Shown here: positions 1 to 13,500 of the stretch, piece by piece | Layout of the letters: each line of letters opens with the position of its first letter | How positions within the stretch are numbered: position 1 is the stretch's first letter | Assembly: GCA_965637545.1 (NCBI GenBank) | Contig: OZ281498.1 | Location: forward strand, 18,600,001 to 18,664,000 | DNA: 64,000 bases | DNA from: Phallusia mammillata | Lineage: Eukaryota | Reading direction: 5' to 3' | Translations under genes and position numbers: made by a program | Notes under the pieces: generated by a model | Told to the model about the DNA's origin: nothing | Databases searched by the model: none | The model's input: only the letters and a program-made list of their open reading frames with translations

Positions 1-983
1 ATCTATTGACAACAGAACTGTCATGAAAGCAAAAAGTACAGACTTGTTGACACAAAATAAGACAGATTGCACAAACCTTTCTTTGTCCATCCTTTGTCTA
101 AAACTGCAAACACTTGGCTGGAAAGAATAAGAATCCTTACAACGCCCTTGCAATCACAAAACAAACTGTCAAACCTTCGCGACGCCCAAAGTTAAAACTA
201 AGCTGCTGCAAAGGCCTAGTCAATTGAGTAATTTTGACTTCAACGCACGCAATCATTGTTAACACGTGCACTTTGTCAACCTATTGATTGTCAACAATAC
301 ATTACACTATTCTAGAGATAAATATAGACGTAAAAACCATTGACAATTTGGTAAAAATAGTAACAAAATATCGATCGTTTACACGTTTGCAACAAAAGTC
401 ATCAATTAGAGGACTATTACGATAAACTTAAGGGCCAGCTTAGCAAATAGGCTGGATTCTTGGAACATTGTCAAAGCAGATTATTGACAGGTTTAATCCG
501 GTTTTAACTGGTTTAGCAGGATGTGACAATTTGAAATCCGCACACTACGGTTCTGCCCATCACGTTGTATGCTGCTTTGAATTTGCTGTACATTAAATTA
601 CAAAACTCATAATGGCAGACAAATTGGAAAAAGGGGCATCTGAATTTGCGACGACTACCAAAAAATTAAACTGTGCAGAACCTAACACGTTGAAAAACAG
701 CCAATCCTTAGCAATCACAGTTTAATATCATTATTCTACAAGAAAAGTTTCACAATGGATTTTTTCGATAGTACATTTACACTAACAATGTTGAAGCTAA
801 AATAACGTTATAACCAGACTTGTATGTTATGAAAAACTAAATTTGATTATTGCACCATTAACATGAAAACTGCACGAGTCATTGTCTTCAAACAGGGCAT
901 CTTACAACGTTGTTTAACAATTTGACAGTTTTATGCACAAATCAATCTTTAGATTTTATTTTAACTCCACATATTTAGATTAT

Positions 984-2174
984 CACTGGCCAACACAATT
1001 TTTGGTGTCTTTAATGTTAAAACTGATATTGACTAATTTTGGGGTGCTGATTTCAAAAATCGTTACGGTTTTCTTCAATCAGATCAACTTTTTAAGTTAT
1101 TTACAAAATCAAAATTTATGAAATATTGATTCAATGACTTTAAAATCATGCTTTTATGTGTTTGTTAAAGTTTTGTTACATTATACACATCAATTTCCTA
1201 CAGTGCAGTCAGTTTCATAGCATGAATATGCATTCTATGCTTATGCTCTGTATAAAAATGGTTGGTGCAGGCTAGCGGTAACGTTAAACTATATGTGTTT
1301 TATGGGGTGAATTTTAGACTAGTAAAGCAAGATGGTAAAACTAAAATTAATAGTGGCTAGGTCATCTATAAGGTGTTGCATGAATTACCAAGATGTTTTA
1401 TGCTACATTACTGGTGAATACCCATACAACACAACTAAAAAGAAAAAAAAGATCTGTATCAAATGTGCATATCTTCCACACTTCGATGTGGCTTTAGGGG
1501 TTTAGGACAAGCAATGGGCTCCACATACCTAATGTTGACTGGAATATTGCAGTAATGGACAAAAACAGTAGAAAGGGATTGAAATTATTAGAAAGAGTAT
1601 GCATAACTAAGTTATTAAGCGGTCTGAAAAATTCGGTACGAAAATGAGTATAAAGCTACACTTCCCTTAAATTCTTAAAACGTAGGGGATATAAATGATG
1701 ACAATTAAGCTGAAAGGTTCCAACAGGATATCAGTAAAACGAAACATGTCAGGGAAGAGGGAATAATGTGGTTCTGGCTAACTGCTGTTGGTCAATTAAA
1801 CGGGACGATATTGCTGCCACTCAGTTCCGAAAGTTACCAAAGTACATGTGTAGGCCTATACCTGATAACTTACAACTTTGAAACATTTTGTTGTGTTGCA
1901 TTTGGTTTGTTAGGAGTGTCCACCTGTTACATTTAAAATTAAATTTGAAATTTTGTTCTTGCAATAACGTTAATTCCAAATAAAATACTCAAAACAAGTT
2001 TCACTATAGTGTACAAATATAGATTGTTTTTCAAACGTGGATGTACCATAACAGGAAAACTAGACGTGATACAGATAAACCGATTGCATTTTTGAAATCA
2101 GGGCACCAGAATTAGTCAAAATCAGTTGAAACATTACAGACACCAGTAAAAAAATATTTTTTTGTTGCCCAGTG
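984..2174 (+). mobile_element. Internally deleted, degenerate Chapaev-type (CMC/Chapaev3-like) DNA transposon
   Basis: ~100-bp imperfect TIRs with CAC...GTG termini (cactggccaaca.. at 984; ..tgttgcccagtg ending 2174) and a 4-bp TSD ttat (980-983, 2175-2178). Broken transposase motifs on +: CMNYQDVLCYITGEY (1377-1421), DKQWAPH (1506-1526), KMSIKLHF (1641-1664), ERFQQDI (1712-1732), LANCCWSIKRD (1774-1806). These resemble the DKxWAPH, MSLKIHF, GERFHQDI and ADYCWSLKRD motifs of this family, recalled from memory. Confidence 0.8.
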
Positions 2175-5100
2175 TTATTTATTACAAAAACAATATCCAG
2201 CTTCGTGACCAAAGCAAACGATGTGATTGTCTGGCTGAACAGAAAAAAACTCGTGCCTGAGATAATAAACAACACGAACTTCTCCCCTCCGTGACAAAAT
2301 TCGGTCAATTAATTTCACTCCCTCTACAATGTTTTCTTTGGCATTTTTTACATGGAATTGCTGTAAAACTTTGCCGAATAGACTTGGTCCAGACTTGCGC
2401 GCCCTAGACATTTTTTTCAACATGTTAGTACCTAAAACCTTATGTACAGCTTAGCCCTGATAGACAGCTCTATAAGAAAAGGGTGTCACCACATTAACTT
2501 TGTCAAAACATACCCAGTAAATCCAGCCAACTCGATTTAGTACCCGAAACCTTCACAAAATGTTTAACTCTGTGCGATTTACTACCGCAAAAACTCTTTA
2601 CTACACAATCCCTTCAAAAAATGAAGCACATTGGTTTAATATTTGCTGTTTTAGGCTGCACAACTGTGTTGAACCTAAAAAGCCTGTTTTGTAATAAGTA
2701 CACGGCATTTTACTGCCAAGACATTTGCCACTTACGTATCCCAGAAAAAAGTTAGCTCTATCACGCAACAGGGCTATTTTGTGCGCTTCCGATTGCCTGA
2801 AAAGCAGCGTCGTTCTGAGACAATCAGCGCAATTTGTGTAGCTTTCAGGCAAAGGAATGGAATGCTAAAAAACGTGCAACGAACTGTAGGACAAATACAT
2901 TTAAAAATACTGCACGAGCTAAAAACAAACAAAGCATAAACAAGAGAAACAACACAGCCATTTGGCCACATGCACTGGCAAAATATATCTTTAAAGTTGT
3001 TTCCTTATGCAGTTCTTTAATTGTCAAGAATTCACACTAAGTTACAACTTTTCAAGTAAAACTGGTGACCGGTTCTTAATTAAGTCCATTTAATTAGCCT
3101 TGGGCTGCTTTTGACACTTGAAAACAGCTTAAAATAATTTCGCAGATACTTAACTCAAATAACTAAACATGCATAACATGCGACTCCACAACAACGGGAC
3201 ATCAGTGATATCAGAATATCGTGTACCTCGCTTTTTCGTACATCATTATACATCGAGCGATCAGATTTTATCAGATGTAACGTCTTTTTAAACGCTGGTT
3301 TAATGTGATGGGTCTGTCTGAGGTGACGCACCTTTTAAAACAAGTTTGGGTTCGATTTCGGTTCGTTTTGTCCATTGTGGTTTTGCCAAACCACTCCGTG
3401 TGGCTGTTTGAGGAGAAAATCGACTAGTGGTGAATAACTCAAGAGGCATGCTACTGCAAAGCTGTAAACGGGCTCCAAACAGGGGCCCGAAATCTAAAGT
3501 ACAATAAAACTGGCCCAAACCAAACGAAGTCTGAAATGTGCACCAAAATTGGTGAAATTGTGACACGAATTAAGTCGAGTGCAACGTCATGTCCGAATCA
3601 ATTCCGATTTATGCAAAAGCCCGAACCTGCACACAACCTGAAAAACCTATACTGCTCATTGTGCGATACATGACGTACAACTCTAGTTTGGGTTAAACCT
3701 GTGCCTATTAAAAAAAATGTCTGCATATTTGTTTATTATTTAGCAACTTGCAAAATACGTGGTCTTAAGGTAGCTGAAAAGTTTAAACGCATACGATAAG
3801 GTACATTATAATTGCTGACTTGATGTGGTAATAAGTAATAAATACCTTTTGCACAGTAGACAGCCCGCATGTTTACCAAATTGTCGAAATGAAAAATCAT
3901 ATCTGTACGATTTTTCTAACATACTCCACTCATACTGCGTCTTTACTCAAGCACGCAAATTTTTAGCTTATGCTTTTAGGCCGCCGGTTAGTTGCCAACA
4001 GATGGCGCTCAGTTACTCCTCCCATCAAGCCTTAAGTGCTCAAGCCTTAATTGCTTAGACCCGTATCAACAGACACAAAACTTATCGGGTCCCGTATAGG
4101 TTTCCTCGAATATTCGTATCCCGGGATATTTCTTGCTACCGTACGGGTCGATTTAAGCAGAAACTACACTTATTAACTTTATATGATATTTTGTAACTTT
4201 GTCCAGCTCTCAAAATCAAACCGACACTCCTGTTTAGTGTTGTGACTGCATGGCCCCAGTGCATATATCATACCCAGAAGTGTTCCATATGTATCTTCAA
4301 AATTAGAAAACCAAACCCTAGCCATATAAAACTGCTATACATTGCATACACCTATCGCCGATTCCAATGTTTTTATCCAAGCCCACACCTTTTATATAAC
4401 TTCTGCGGTTCCGCATAGTTTTTACGTGTTTTACTTTACGATTTGCCTTTAAATTACCAAGACACACCAGACGAAAACACACACTGGAGTCATAATGACC
4501 TTTTTCCATATCACGTCCACAAACTGATTTCGGGGTACTTTACAGTTCGTCCTGTGCTTTCCGGTAAAAAACCGTGAAACTATGACGAATTGAAGATTGC
4601 AAATGTAAGTCATGCTTGTCGGAAAAGGTTACCATCAACTGGGTAAATAATCACAATTGTGTTGAAATTGTATTGCAATGTAATGGTTCTATCCTAAATG
4701 GAAACAATAATTGCCTGTTAAGAGAAAAAAACGTATGTGCTTGTGAACCATAATTAATGTTTTAGAAAATATGTTTGTGACAATATTTTAGAAAAAAATG
4801 GTGACCAATTCTACGATTGATTTAAACGGAATTGCGTTTGGTTAACGATTTCCTAACAACACCAGTATATATAGCATCCAGTATATTCGTTTTATGTTGA
4901 AATTATAAACATTCAACTTTAAAACTATTAGCCACATTCAACTTTAAATGAACGTTGGTTCCAAGCAGATTTTTGATATGTCCAACAGCTTCCACTGAAT
5001 TTAAATGCAATGATCAACGCTAAAAGCCGGATATACCAGTATTTGTAAACTGAACTCTGATCGCTGTTTATAGATTGTACACAAAGCAATACTACAATGT

Positions 5101-5524
5101 ACAGAATGTGGTTTGTGCCTTAATAGCTAGTAACCTAATCGCAAATAGTTCTTTGTACAGAGCACTGGTCATAGAAATTTTGCTGACATTTTACTGATGC
5201 GAATTCAAAAAAGTAATAGTCAATATGTTAAGGACTTGTTTTCAGTTTAAACAAAGGTTAAAGCAAAAGACATTTTCATTACTGCGCCAGACCGACAAGG
5301 CACGTTAATAACACTTCAAGGGATTGATTAGGCGGATTAAAATTCCAAACCTTGAATGAGAGACTGCCTTTGAAGTTTGTTCACATCAATACTGCTGCTT
5401 GACCACGTGATGACCAGATGAAATCATTGAGAATTCAGATCAGTGGATATTGCCTTGTTTGAATTCTGCGAACAGAAAAGATTGGTGCAGTTGTGTTAGA
5501 AATGCAGAGCTCTATGCTCTAATG

Positions 5525-5986
5525 CAGTGGTTCCCAAACTATGCGCCGCGGCACACTGGTGTGCCGCCAGATGTCATTAGGTGTGCCGCAAAAAAATATT
5601 GAAATTAAAATCAATCAAGTAGGGCAGGAACTTGGCCAAACGGTCTGGCGCGCCTGACCTATATACAGACATAAAAAAACCTGATCGGGATTCGTCCCCG
5701 GGAGAGTCCTGGGTTCGAACCCCGTGAAAAAAAAAAAAAAAAAAAAAAAATCAATCAAGTAGAGTAGTAGTACCAGGTGCTTAGACCACTAGGCCAACAT
5801 GCTCCACGTCTCTGAGATATTCAACTATAGGCTATTTAACTATGAAAGTGACCTGTATAGCGGCTTTATGACCTCATAGTTAGTGCCTTTGTCAGCTAAA
5901 AAAATTATTCAAATGTTCGAAGTGCGCCAAATAATTTTTGTATTTTCTAAAATGCGCCTTAAAAGAAAAAAGTTTGGGAACCACTG
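5525..5986. mobile_element. hAT-superfamily MITE containing a nested SINE
   Basis: TIR cagtggttcccaaact / agtttgggaaccactg; perfect 8-bp TSD ctctaatg (5517-5524, 5987-5994). Confidence 0.92.
5623..5750 (+). mobile_element. Young tRNA-derived SINE with poly(A) tail, inserted in the MITE
   Basis: A-box-like TGGCCAAACGG, B-box GGTTCGAACCC and an A24 run (5727-5750). 16-bp TSD aaaatcaatcaagtag (5607-5622, 5747-5762), inserted at TT|AAAA. Confidence 0.88.
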
Positions 5987-8900
5987 CTCTAATGTTTAAG
6001 CAACTCAAAGGTTTAGGTGTCAAAAATAATAGTTTAAACCCCTGATAGCGAGGCACAAAAGACAGTTAACGGCTCATTTTACAGCGGACTGCAATGATTT
6101 TGCCTCTACTGCATGTTATTTATACAATATATTATACGGTACGGTAGGAGTGAAAAAGTTAGCATAACAAAATAGCGCTAAATAATACAACATTTTTGAT
6201 ATTTTGTTTCGTTTTAATGCCCACCAAACTATTATTTTAAATACCATTCAATTTAATGACATTTTGACTGATGCAGTAAACGATATGGAATTGCATTCTA
6301 AATTAATTACTTGCGTTAAAAACATGTAAAATTACTGTCATCGTAGTATACTTCCGTAGTATAATGAAAAATTATCGGCAAAATCAGTGCTGTGTGCAAT
6401 ACTGAAGCTCAATGCCCCAAGCACACGTGGCGCGAAAAAACTCAAACGCGGCCCAGGGCGATTGTCACGCTTCATTGGATTTTAATATCTCGCCGAGGTA
6501 TAAGTGGTGCATTCTAGCACCAGACAAACACATTGGGCATGGTTGTTTTTCTTAGGGGTGTTTGAATGCGATTCGTGCCATTGTCACATTTAGTAAGGTT
6601 CTTTAGAGTTTAGCATCTGCAGCCTAATGCCAACCAGCAAGTTTAGTCAGTAGACATGGCATGTCATTATACTTGGCATTTGTTGTCTTGTAACTTAATA
6701 TTGTGTGGCCTGATGGCTGATTGTTTTACAAGTTAACTGTTCATATTGTGTCAGAGTTTGGGATGCAAAACGTTGCAGGTATAAAGAAGGCTTCTAAACT
6801 ATATTAGTATGCACTATACAGGTATTCGTAGCATGCGTAGTTTCTTTTTCCGTGTACCAAGTTTAAACATGTTTTGCTGAAACATATCGTTCTAAAACGG
6901 ACTTTCAAAGAGAAGTTATTCTTTTGTGTCACAAAAACGTTCAGTTTACAACTATTATAATATTGTTTTTGTAATCTCTAGTGAGTGTCAGCAAAAAAAT
7001 ATGCTTAAGAGCACAACGTCGCTTACCGTAGTGCCGTATGGGTGTCAGTCGTCTCAGAATATGCATAATTGAAGGGGTGGTGCCTTTCTCATGACATGTA
7101 CTCATGCCTTTTGCTGAACTGCAGACGTAAGGACAGAAAAAGCACTTTTGTGCCGCATACCAGATAACAGGTGTCTGTTTATTACCACTTGACACGGTTG
7201 GCTGCACATAGAAGATATATCTTGAAGAGTTTTGAAGACGTTATTAGTTATTACGAATAATAAAAATGGTACATAGACTTCATGTTTGTAGAGCTTTTTT
7301 GGCAACTACAGAGACTTGTTGATTTTTGTTCTGTGAGGTGTAGTCCAAAATTTTGCTACAGGTTTGGTGAAATGACTCGTGCTCAAAGGAGTCGACGAAG
7401 TGTGAAATAAACTAGTTTGGTTGACTGAATCATTTTTTTTTTCATGTTTGAATCATGGTGGTAATGCTTTTGTTGACCTTATAAATGACTTGTTATGACA
7501 TAAACCGGTTTACGTCGCCAGCGACATTGTCAGTTGTTTACAAAACAAGTAATCAGTCAAGATGTTAAGACTGAACAAAACAAAGCTATTTTCGTAACTG
7601 GGACGTTTATAAGGTTCCAAAAATTAAACATTAGTCAATTTATCTGGTGTTTAATGTGCGTGTTCGTGTCGCTTTTGGTAATTAGGTTCAGAAGATATTT
7701 TAGAATAAAAAAAAATTACTTCGATTGGGTTAATCGTTTCGAAAATTGGCTTATCTAAACTACGCATACTGTAATTACAATGTACCATTCAAACCATAAA
7801 ATTCGAATTAAATGTGTAATGCAATGGCCAGGCTCGTTCCTGGGCAACAGAAATAGAAACAATACGTGATCTACTCAATAATCGTAAGGTGCATTACGTA
7901 TTTTACAGTAGATTGCTTATTCTCGTTTAGATCGTTGGAAATTATTGCTATTCCTTGTGGTCAGTACATTCCATGGTACCCTACTGGCCGTAGTTTTCGT
8001 GGATTGCGTTTTAGAGTAGCCCTAGAAAAGGTGGCATGTTTGCTTTTTGCGTGGTATACGCCCTGATAAGAAGCTATTTGTGGAATCCGTTTTGTTGCAA
8101 CAATGCGTAGCGTCGCTGTTTACTATTTGGGTGTGTCCACCTTTACCCATGAGCGTCAGATATAGGCATTTTATCTCAGCAAGGACAGTGAACTAATATC
8201 AGATTTACAATTTTGAGAAATTTTGTACGATTTGTGCAGTAAATAGTCGGGTAGTAGAGATAAGCCTACAAAATATCGTCGTTTTTTACCAAGATTCGAT
8301 AAAATGGTATTAACGATTCTGTGATTGTCCTTAACACTTTACAATACACCACAAAATGTGTGGTTCGGGATTGTTATTTAAGGCGTCCAACGAAATCCTA
8401 GAGAATAAAGTGATATTAGTAAAAAATCAGAAACACTGCACTTTCAAAGGTAGAACTCAGAAAGGGAAAGGTTATTTTTATGGTATACGCATTGTCAACA
8501 AATGAACACAATGCGACTGTAATTAAAACAAAGTTTGATCAGGTACACCTGTATGACACCTACGCATCGGTGTTGAAATACAAAGACCCAGGGAGGACTT
8601 TGAATCGGGTGAAATGCGACTGGTTCTCTTTAACATTGCACAACGCTGTAACAACAAACCGCATTGACGTTTAGCAGCGTCTTTCTTATCCACTATTGGT
8701 TTCTACAGCCTTGTTCTGTCGAGTGATATCAGGTCGCGGAAAATCTCCAGAGGGTTGATGTAATTTAGCAGCAACCTTTCGTTGTTGAGTTGTTGATGCG
8801 AGATACCGAAGTCAGAATCAATACATTCAGAGTGCGATGTATGCCCAGTCGAATATTGCAGTTTTCAACTAAGCCAGTTAAGACCATCACAAAGTTGAAT

Positions 8901-9083
8901 AAGGTTTGTTAATGTGTTTGAATCTGATAAATAACAGTTTTAGAAGGAAGAGTGATTTAGTACGTCGCAATTATGTCGTTTGTCTTGCTGTTATTGATTA
9001 ATCGGTAAAAGTATTACTACCTGCTTCCTATTGGACTGGTTTTGTGTAATTTGGCCAAGTCAGTATTTTGTAAGTGGTGAATA

Positions 9084-9237
9084 TTAATGATAAAAATAAC
9101 GGTCCAAATAGATGTAAAAAGCGACATTCTTTATTGTGTATTATGAGCATTTGCCGAAACGTTTGATCAACAAAGCATGTCGCTTGTACGTCCTATTGGC
9201 CCGTTGTTTTCATCATTAAACTTATGAAAATATCCGT
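9084..9237 (+). repeat. Foldback element carrying the 3' half of a hammerhead motif (family A, related to the 52.9-kb copy)
   Basis: Imperfect inverted arms 9084-9136 and ~9168-9219. The loop holds atgagcatttgccGAAACGTTtgatc, shared with 52.9 kb. The CTGATGA core is absent. Confidence 0.7.
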
Positions 9238-10570
9238 ATATACTGATTATTTGTTTACATTTTTAAATTGCTACACTTTTGTTTGTTTGAAGTTAGTTTA
9301 CAGCAATAGTGATCAACTCACGCAAGTTCTAAAGTTATGAGATCTTCTTTAACACTAATGTGTTCCCGTGCATATCGATTAGCATCTTACGCAATGAAAT
9401 ATTAAACAATGCGACTTTTGAAACTTTTGAAAGCACTGTTAGTTTAGTAAGAAGTTTTCGGTGTTAATTTAGGTTTATGAGAAAATACAAACACCAGTTA
9501 TTTTTCCAAATATACCAACGTTTCGTTGATGTATCACTTAGGCAAACCATCCTTAGCAAGAATTTTGCAGTTAAACATAAAAAAAAACATTTTAGCACCC
9601 TTTAAAACTTAAATTCGGTGACGTGTATAGAAGTCTACGCATTTCACAAAGTTGTGTAGCCTATACAGCAAAATATTTTTTCGGTCTTTAACACGTTTAA
9701 CCTTCAGGTACCCATACAAAGTCCATTTTACTTGCCTACGCTTACCAACTTGCTTTCTTGGTTAAACACAACCATGAAAGTATGTTTTTTTTACGTAACC
9801 GTTGTTTGCACGCATATGAGCAGTCAAATATTGACTAAATAGTAGAATACGATTTTGTGTGTGCTGGCATCAAGTTTTATGTTCATCCCAAATACTTGTG
9901 TGCAAACATTTGAACAATATGACGCTATACCGCACGTGAACATTTAAAGGTTCAATGAGAAAAGGTAACCAGGAATGTGGTTTAATGGTGTCATTTCACA
10001 ACGTCATAATGCACACTTGGGGCAATTTGCCTTGGTGGTTCGAGTTCCGTTGTGTACAAACGGCTACCGCAGCTAGAGTGAAGTAGGCACCTGTATGTAA
10101 AACAGGGTCTTTGTCTTTTGTGGTAAGTGCAAAGTTTACATGCACCAGACTTGATACTGCTTACAAGAACCAGCAGTAAAAATGTGTTGGCAGTGCAGTA
10201 CTCAGATAAATCCTAAACTGATACCTTTAAATAGTTTCATGTTTTGTTTATTATAACACAGGAATTAATGAAACAGCTTACAAGGCCAAGCAATCAAAGT
10301 TTGTTTTTGACTACAGCACTTGGGTAAATGTAATTTAGGCTGTTTCAGGTATTGTTGTGTATTGCTCAGATGAAAGCTACTTTTGTGGGGCTGACTTTGG
10401 GTAAAGTTATACCGTTTTCGGCGTTGCTAACGAAAAATCAAATACAGCACAACTGTAGTTTGCACTGTTACATTGATTTAATGTGCCGAACGTGTTTTAT
10501 TCTACAGATCTTGTCATTAGATGTATAGACTTTTGTTGCTAATGTTTTGTTTAACTGCACTTGTCACGTG

Positions 10571-13500
10571 ATGAGGCGAAGTTCTCCAGAAAAGGTAAAA
10601 GTAAGAAACGGGGATGTGCGGAGACGACGGAAATCCGCGGAATCTACGGATATTACGGATTTTGACGAACAGAAACGAAGGTTCAATGAAATTCAAGACA
10701 TGAAAATGAGAAAAAGCATTTCCGAACACTATATGTAAGTCACACAGTCAAGATTTGATAGGGATTCAAATTTAAATATATATTGCCTATTTGTTTACTG
10801 ATCCGACTGCTATTTTAAGTGTTTAACCAAAGTCAAAAAATGTTCTGTTCTTAATAGTTTTTTTGATGCTTTTGCCTGGAGAAGTTCTTTTTCTCTGCCT
10901 AAGAAGTAACGCAAAAAATACTGTAACGCTTTTGTCCAATTGTCGGTCTGTGAGTATTGTAAACATTATCGCAGAACAAAAGATAGCAGCGGCAACGCTA
11001 CCTCATCGCCTCTTCTGTTTGCACCGACAATCGACTACAAGTTGCAGTTCATAATAGTTGGTGACAGAAATGTGGGAAAGACGTGCTTCCTTGAAAGATA
11101 CACAGACAACCGGTTTAAAGAGGAACTAAGATCAACAGTAGGTAAGTCCAACAAAGGCTTGCGGTTTGGTGATTTTTGAAGTGTTGAAAGATACTGCTTT
11201 GAGTGGTACCACTGGACCTTTGTGTATTCCCTCACGATATGGTATCGATTGCCTAAAACACAGGGTTGAGCTGGTACTACGCAGCTATTTAATGATATTA
11301 AAAATAAAAACCAGCTTCTAGACTACTAACCAAGGTGCAGAACTTTACCAACACGTTTTCCTGTGACCGATACTGTCATATGCGCATGAAATTTCACTAT
11401 GGAGTGGCAACCAGGGGCGGCTCGTGCGAGGGGGCTGCGGAGCTGCAGCACCCCCAGTATTTTTACTTGACATTCCTATTCCAAGTTGTTATACAAAACA
11501 ATCTTTACATATAGTTTTTATGTTTGATCAGTGTATACTAAGAATAACATTATTCGGCCTTTTATTAAAATAAAATAAATAAAAATTTTGTATTATTTAA
11601 AAGAAATTTTAATAATAATAATAATAATAATAATAAGTTATCTATGGCGGAGCTGCAGCTCCAGTTTCGTGACGTTTTCAGTTGTGCGCATGCGCACTTG
11701 GAAAAGCTACATGCCGGGCGAAATAGGCGAGAGGGGGCTGTGGCTCGCGCAGCCCCTCCCGTGACGTAGCGCTGGTTGTGTTGTCTGCTTCGCGTCAGTG
11801 AGCTCCAAAGCCAAACCCGTGTACGGTGTTTTTAAGTTCGACAGTGAGTGTAGTTAAATAATTATTTTGCTATCATTAAATTTATTGTTTGACTGTTAGT
11901 CGTGACTTTTTAAGATGACTGCAAGTGGGTTTCAGTTTTTACAGTTATCATTGAATTAAATAAGTGTATCTAACACCTTGAAAAAGAAAAAAAGGTCATC
12001 TAACACCTTTAAAAGTCACAATTAACCTTTATAATAAATAACTGAATTAAAAAGATTTATGAAAGTATGGGACAAAACATCTGCTACTCCAATGTCATGC
12101 AGGAATAAGCAACAACAAGAAATACTCAGTTTTAGTTCCTAATGCTACCAAAGAAAAATTAAATTTGTGACTGTGAAGTTAAATGCCTCACTGAAATTCA
12201 GGCAATATCAAATGCAGAACAAACAACTGCTAGCAACAGGAATTTTGAAATGAAGACAAAAAAAAGAGTGAAGACAATTTAAAGTGTGGCTTTCTTAACA
12301 CACCATGTTGACAGTATTTGCAACCAATTGCAGTCATGTGTATTGATATAATGGACATGTACTGTTTGTCTGAACAGTAGCTGCTAAATTGCTTCACAGG
12401 AAGTGTTTCTTAAGAATGAACATTCTACAGACAAGATAGTAGTGACACCAAGCACATCCTATTGTTGACAAAGAAAAGCTAGTTACTCAAATGAAAATGT
12501 TTCTGTAGATCTGATGTTCATGATTACTTTGAAAATAATTAATCTAGAGATGATGTTTTGACAAGTTAAATTACTAGGATGAAAAATCCTTTTTGCTTAT
12601 TCCATGATTCTTTCAAAGGCAAAACAATTCTTTTTAACACTGAAAAAGATGCCAATTTTTCTGAGGAACACCAATATTTCCCAAAGACTTGCACTTGCAG
12701 TGCTATAGTAGTTCATTTTGGTTGGAAAAAGGAACCACAAGATTTAATAATATGGTTTAAATTTAAGTGAGAGTGTTGTAAATTTTAAAGCTTGAAGGCG
12801 TTTTGCACTTAAAAAATGAATGTTAAGCTATTTGCCAGCAAGCAGCAATTATAGCAGCTAAGAAACTAAAATACAATCAATAGTCTGCACACAAAAATTC
12901 AAGAAAGATGTTTAAATGAACAAGTTCTGAAACCAATGTAATGTGGTTGTTAAATTTGTTAGTTATGATACCAATAAAAAGCTGTATGGCTAGTTTTTTT
13001 GTGTGACAATAATCTGTGAAGTGTCATAGAATATGTTGAAAACGCTGACTGTGACTAAATTTACTTAAATGAAACATGACAATTTTTGTTGTCGAACTGA
13101 AAACTTCGACCTTTTTCGACTCATTTATATCGATTTTTTTTCTATATTTCTGTTGTGTTTTACCGTATTTACAACCGCTTCGTTTCGAAGCTGTGCCACG
13201 TGTGTTTTTGTTTTTCACATTATTACTGAACGTTATTGTGTTTGGCCCGTCGCTGTGCAAGTAAACAAAATACGCAAATGATGCCGTCTGCTGTTTATAC
13301 TCGTGTACATTATTGCGTAACAAAAATTACGTCACAATGGAGTTGCTAATTAAGATTTGTATTACTTGCACAAAACAAGTGGCTAGAAAACTAGAAATGT
13401 AGCTTTTCAATATATTGCCAACTTATATATGTTCAGTAGAGGCTAAAATTTGTGGGGGCAGCACCCCCACAAATTTTAGGCACGAGCCGCCACTGGTGGC

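Noticed and set aside
77-103. Possible minus-strand start exon (cag|..ATGGACAAAGAAAG|gtttgt)
   Set aside because: Only 14 coding nt at the window edge; cannot be told from chance.
1740-1755. cGAAACATGTCaggg, resembling a hammerhead 3' half
   Set aside because: No upstream core, and it lies in the Chapaev transposase remnant.
3304-3566. TG...CA segment with an internal AATAAA (solo LTR?)
   Set aside because: No TSD and only weak terminal inverted similarity.
3960-6440. Promoter-like motifs (CTCF-like ccaacagatggcgc at 3995-4008; E-box plus E2F-like site at 6424-6438)
   Set aside because: Isolated short motifs; no TSS can be assigned from sequence alone.
8709-8903. Exon-like segment with a short ORF upstream of the Rab gene
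   Set aside because: Splicing to the strong 10507 acceptor meets an in-frame stop; at most a UTR exon.
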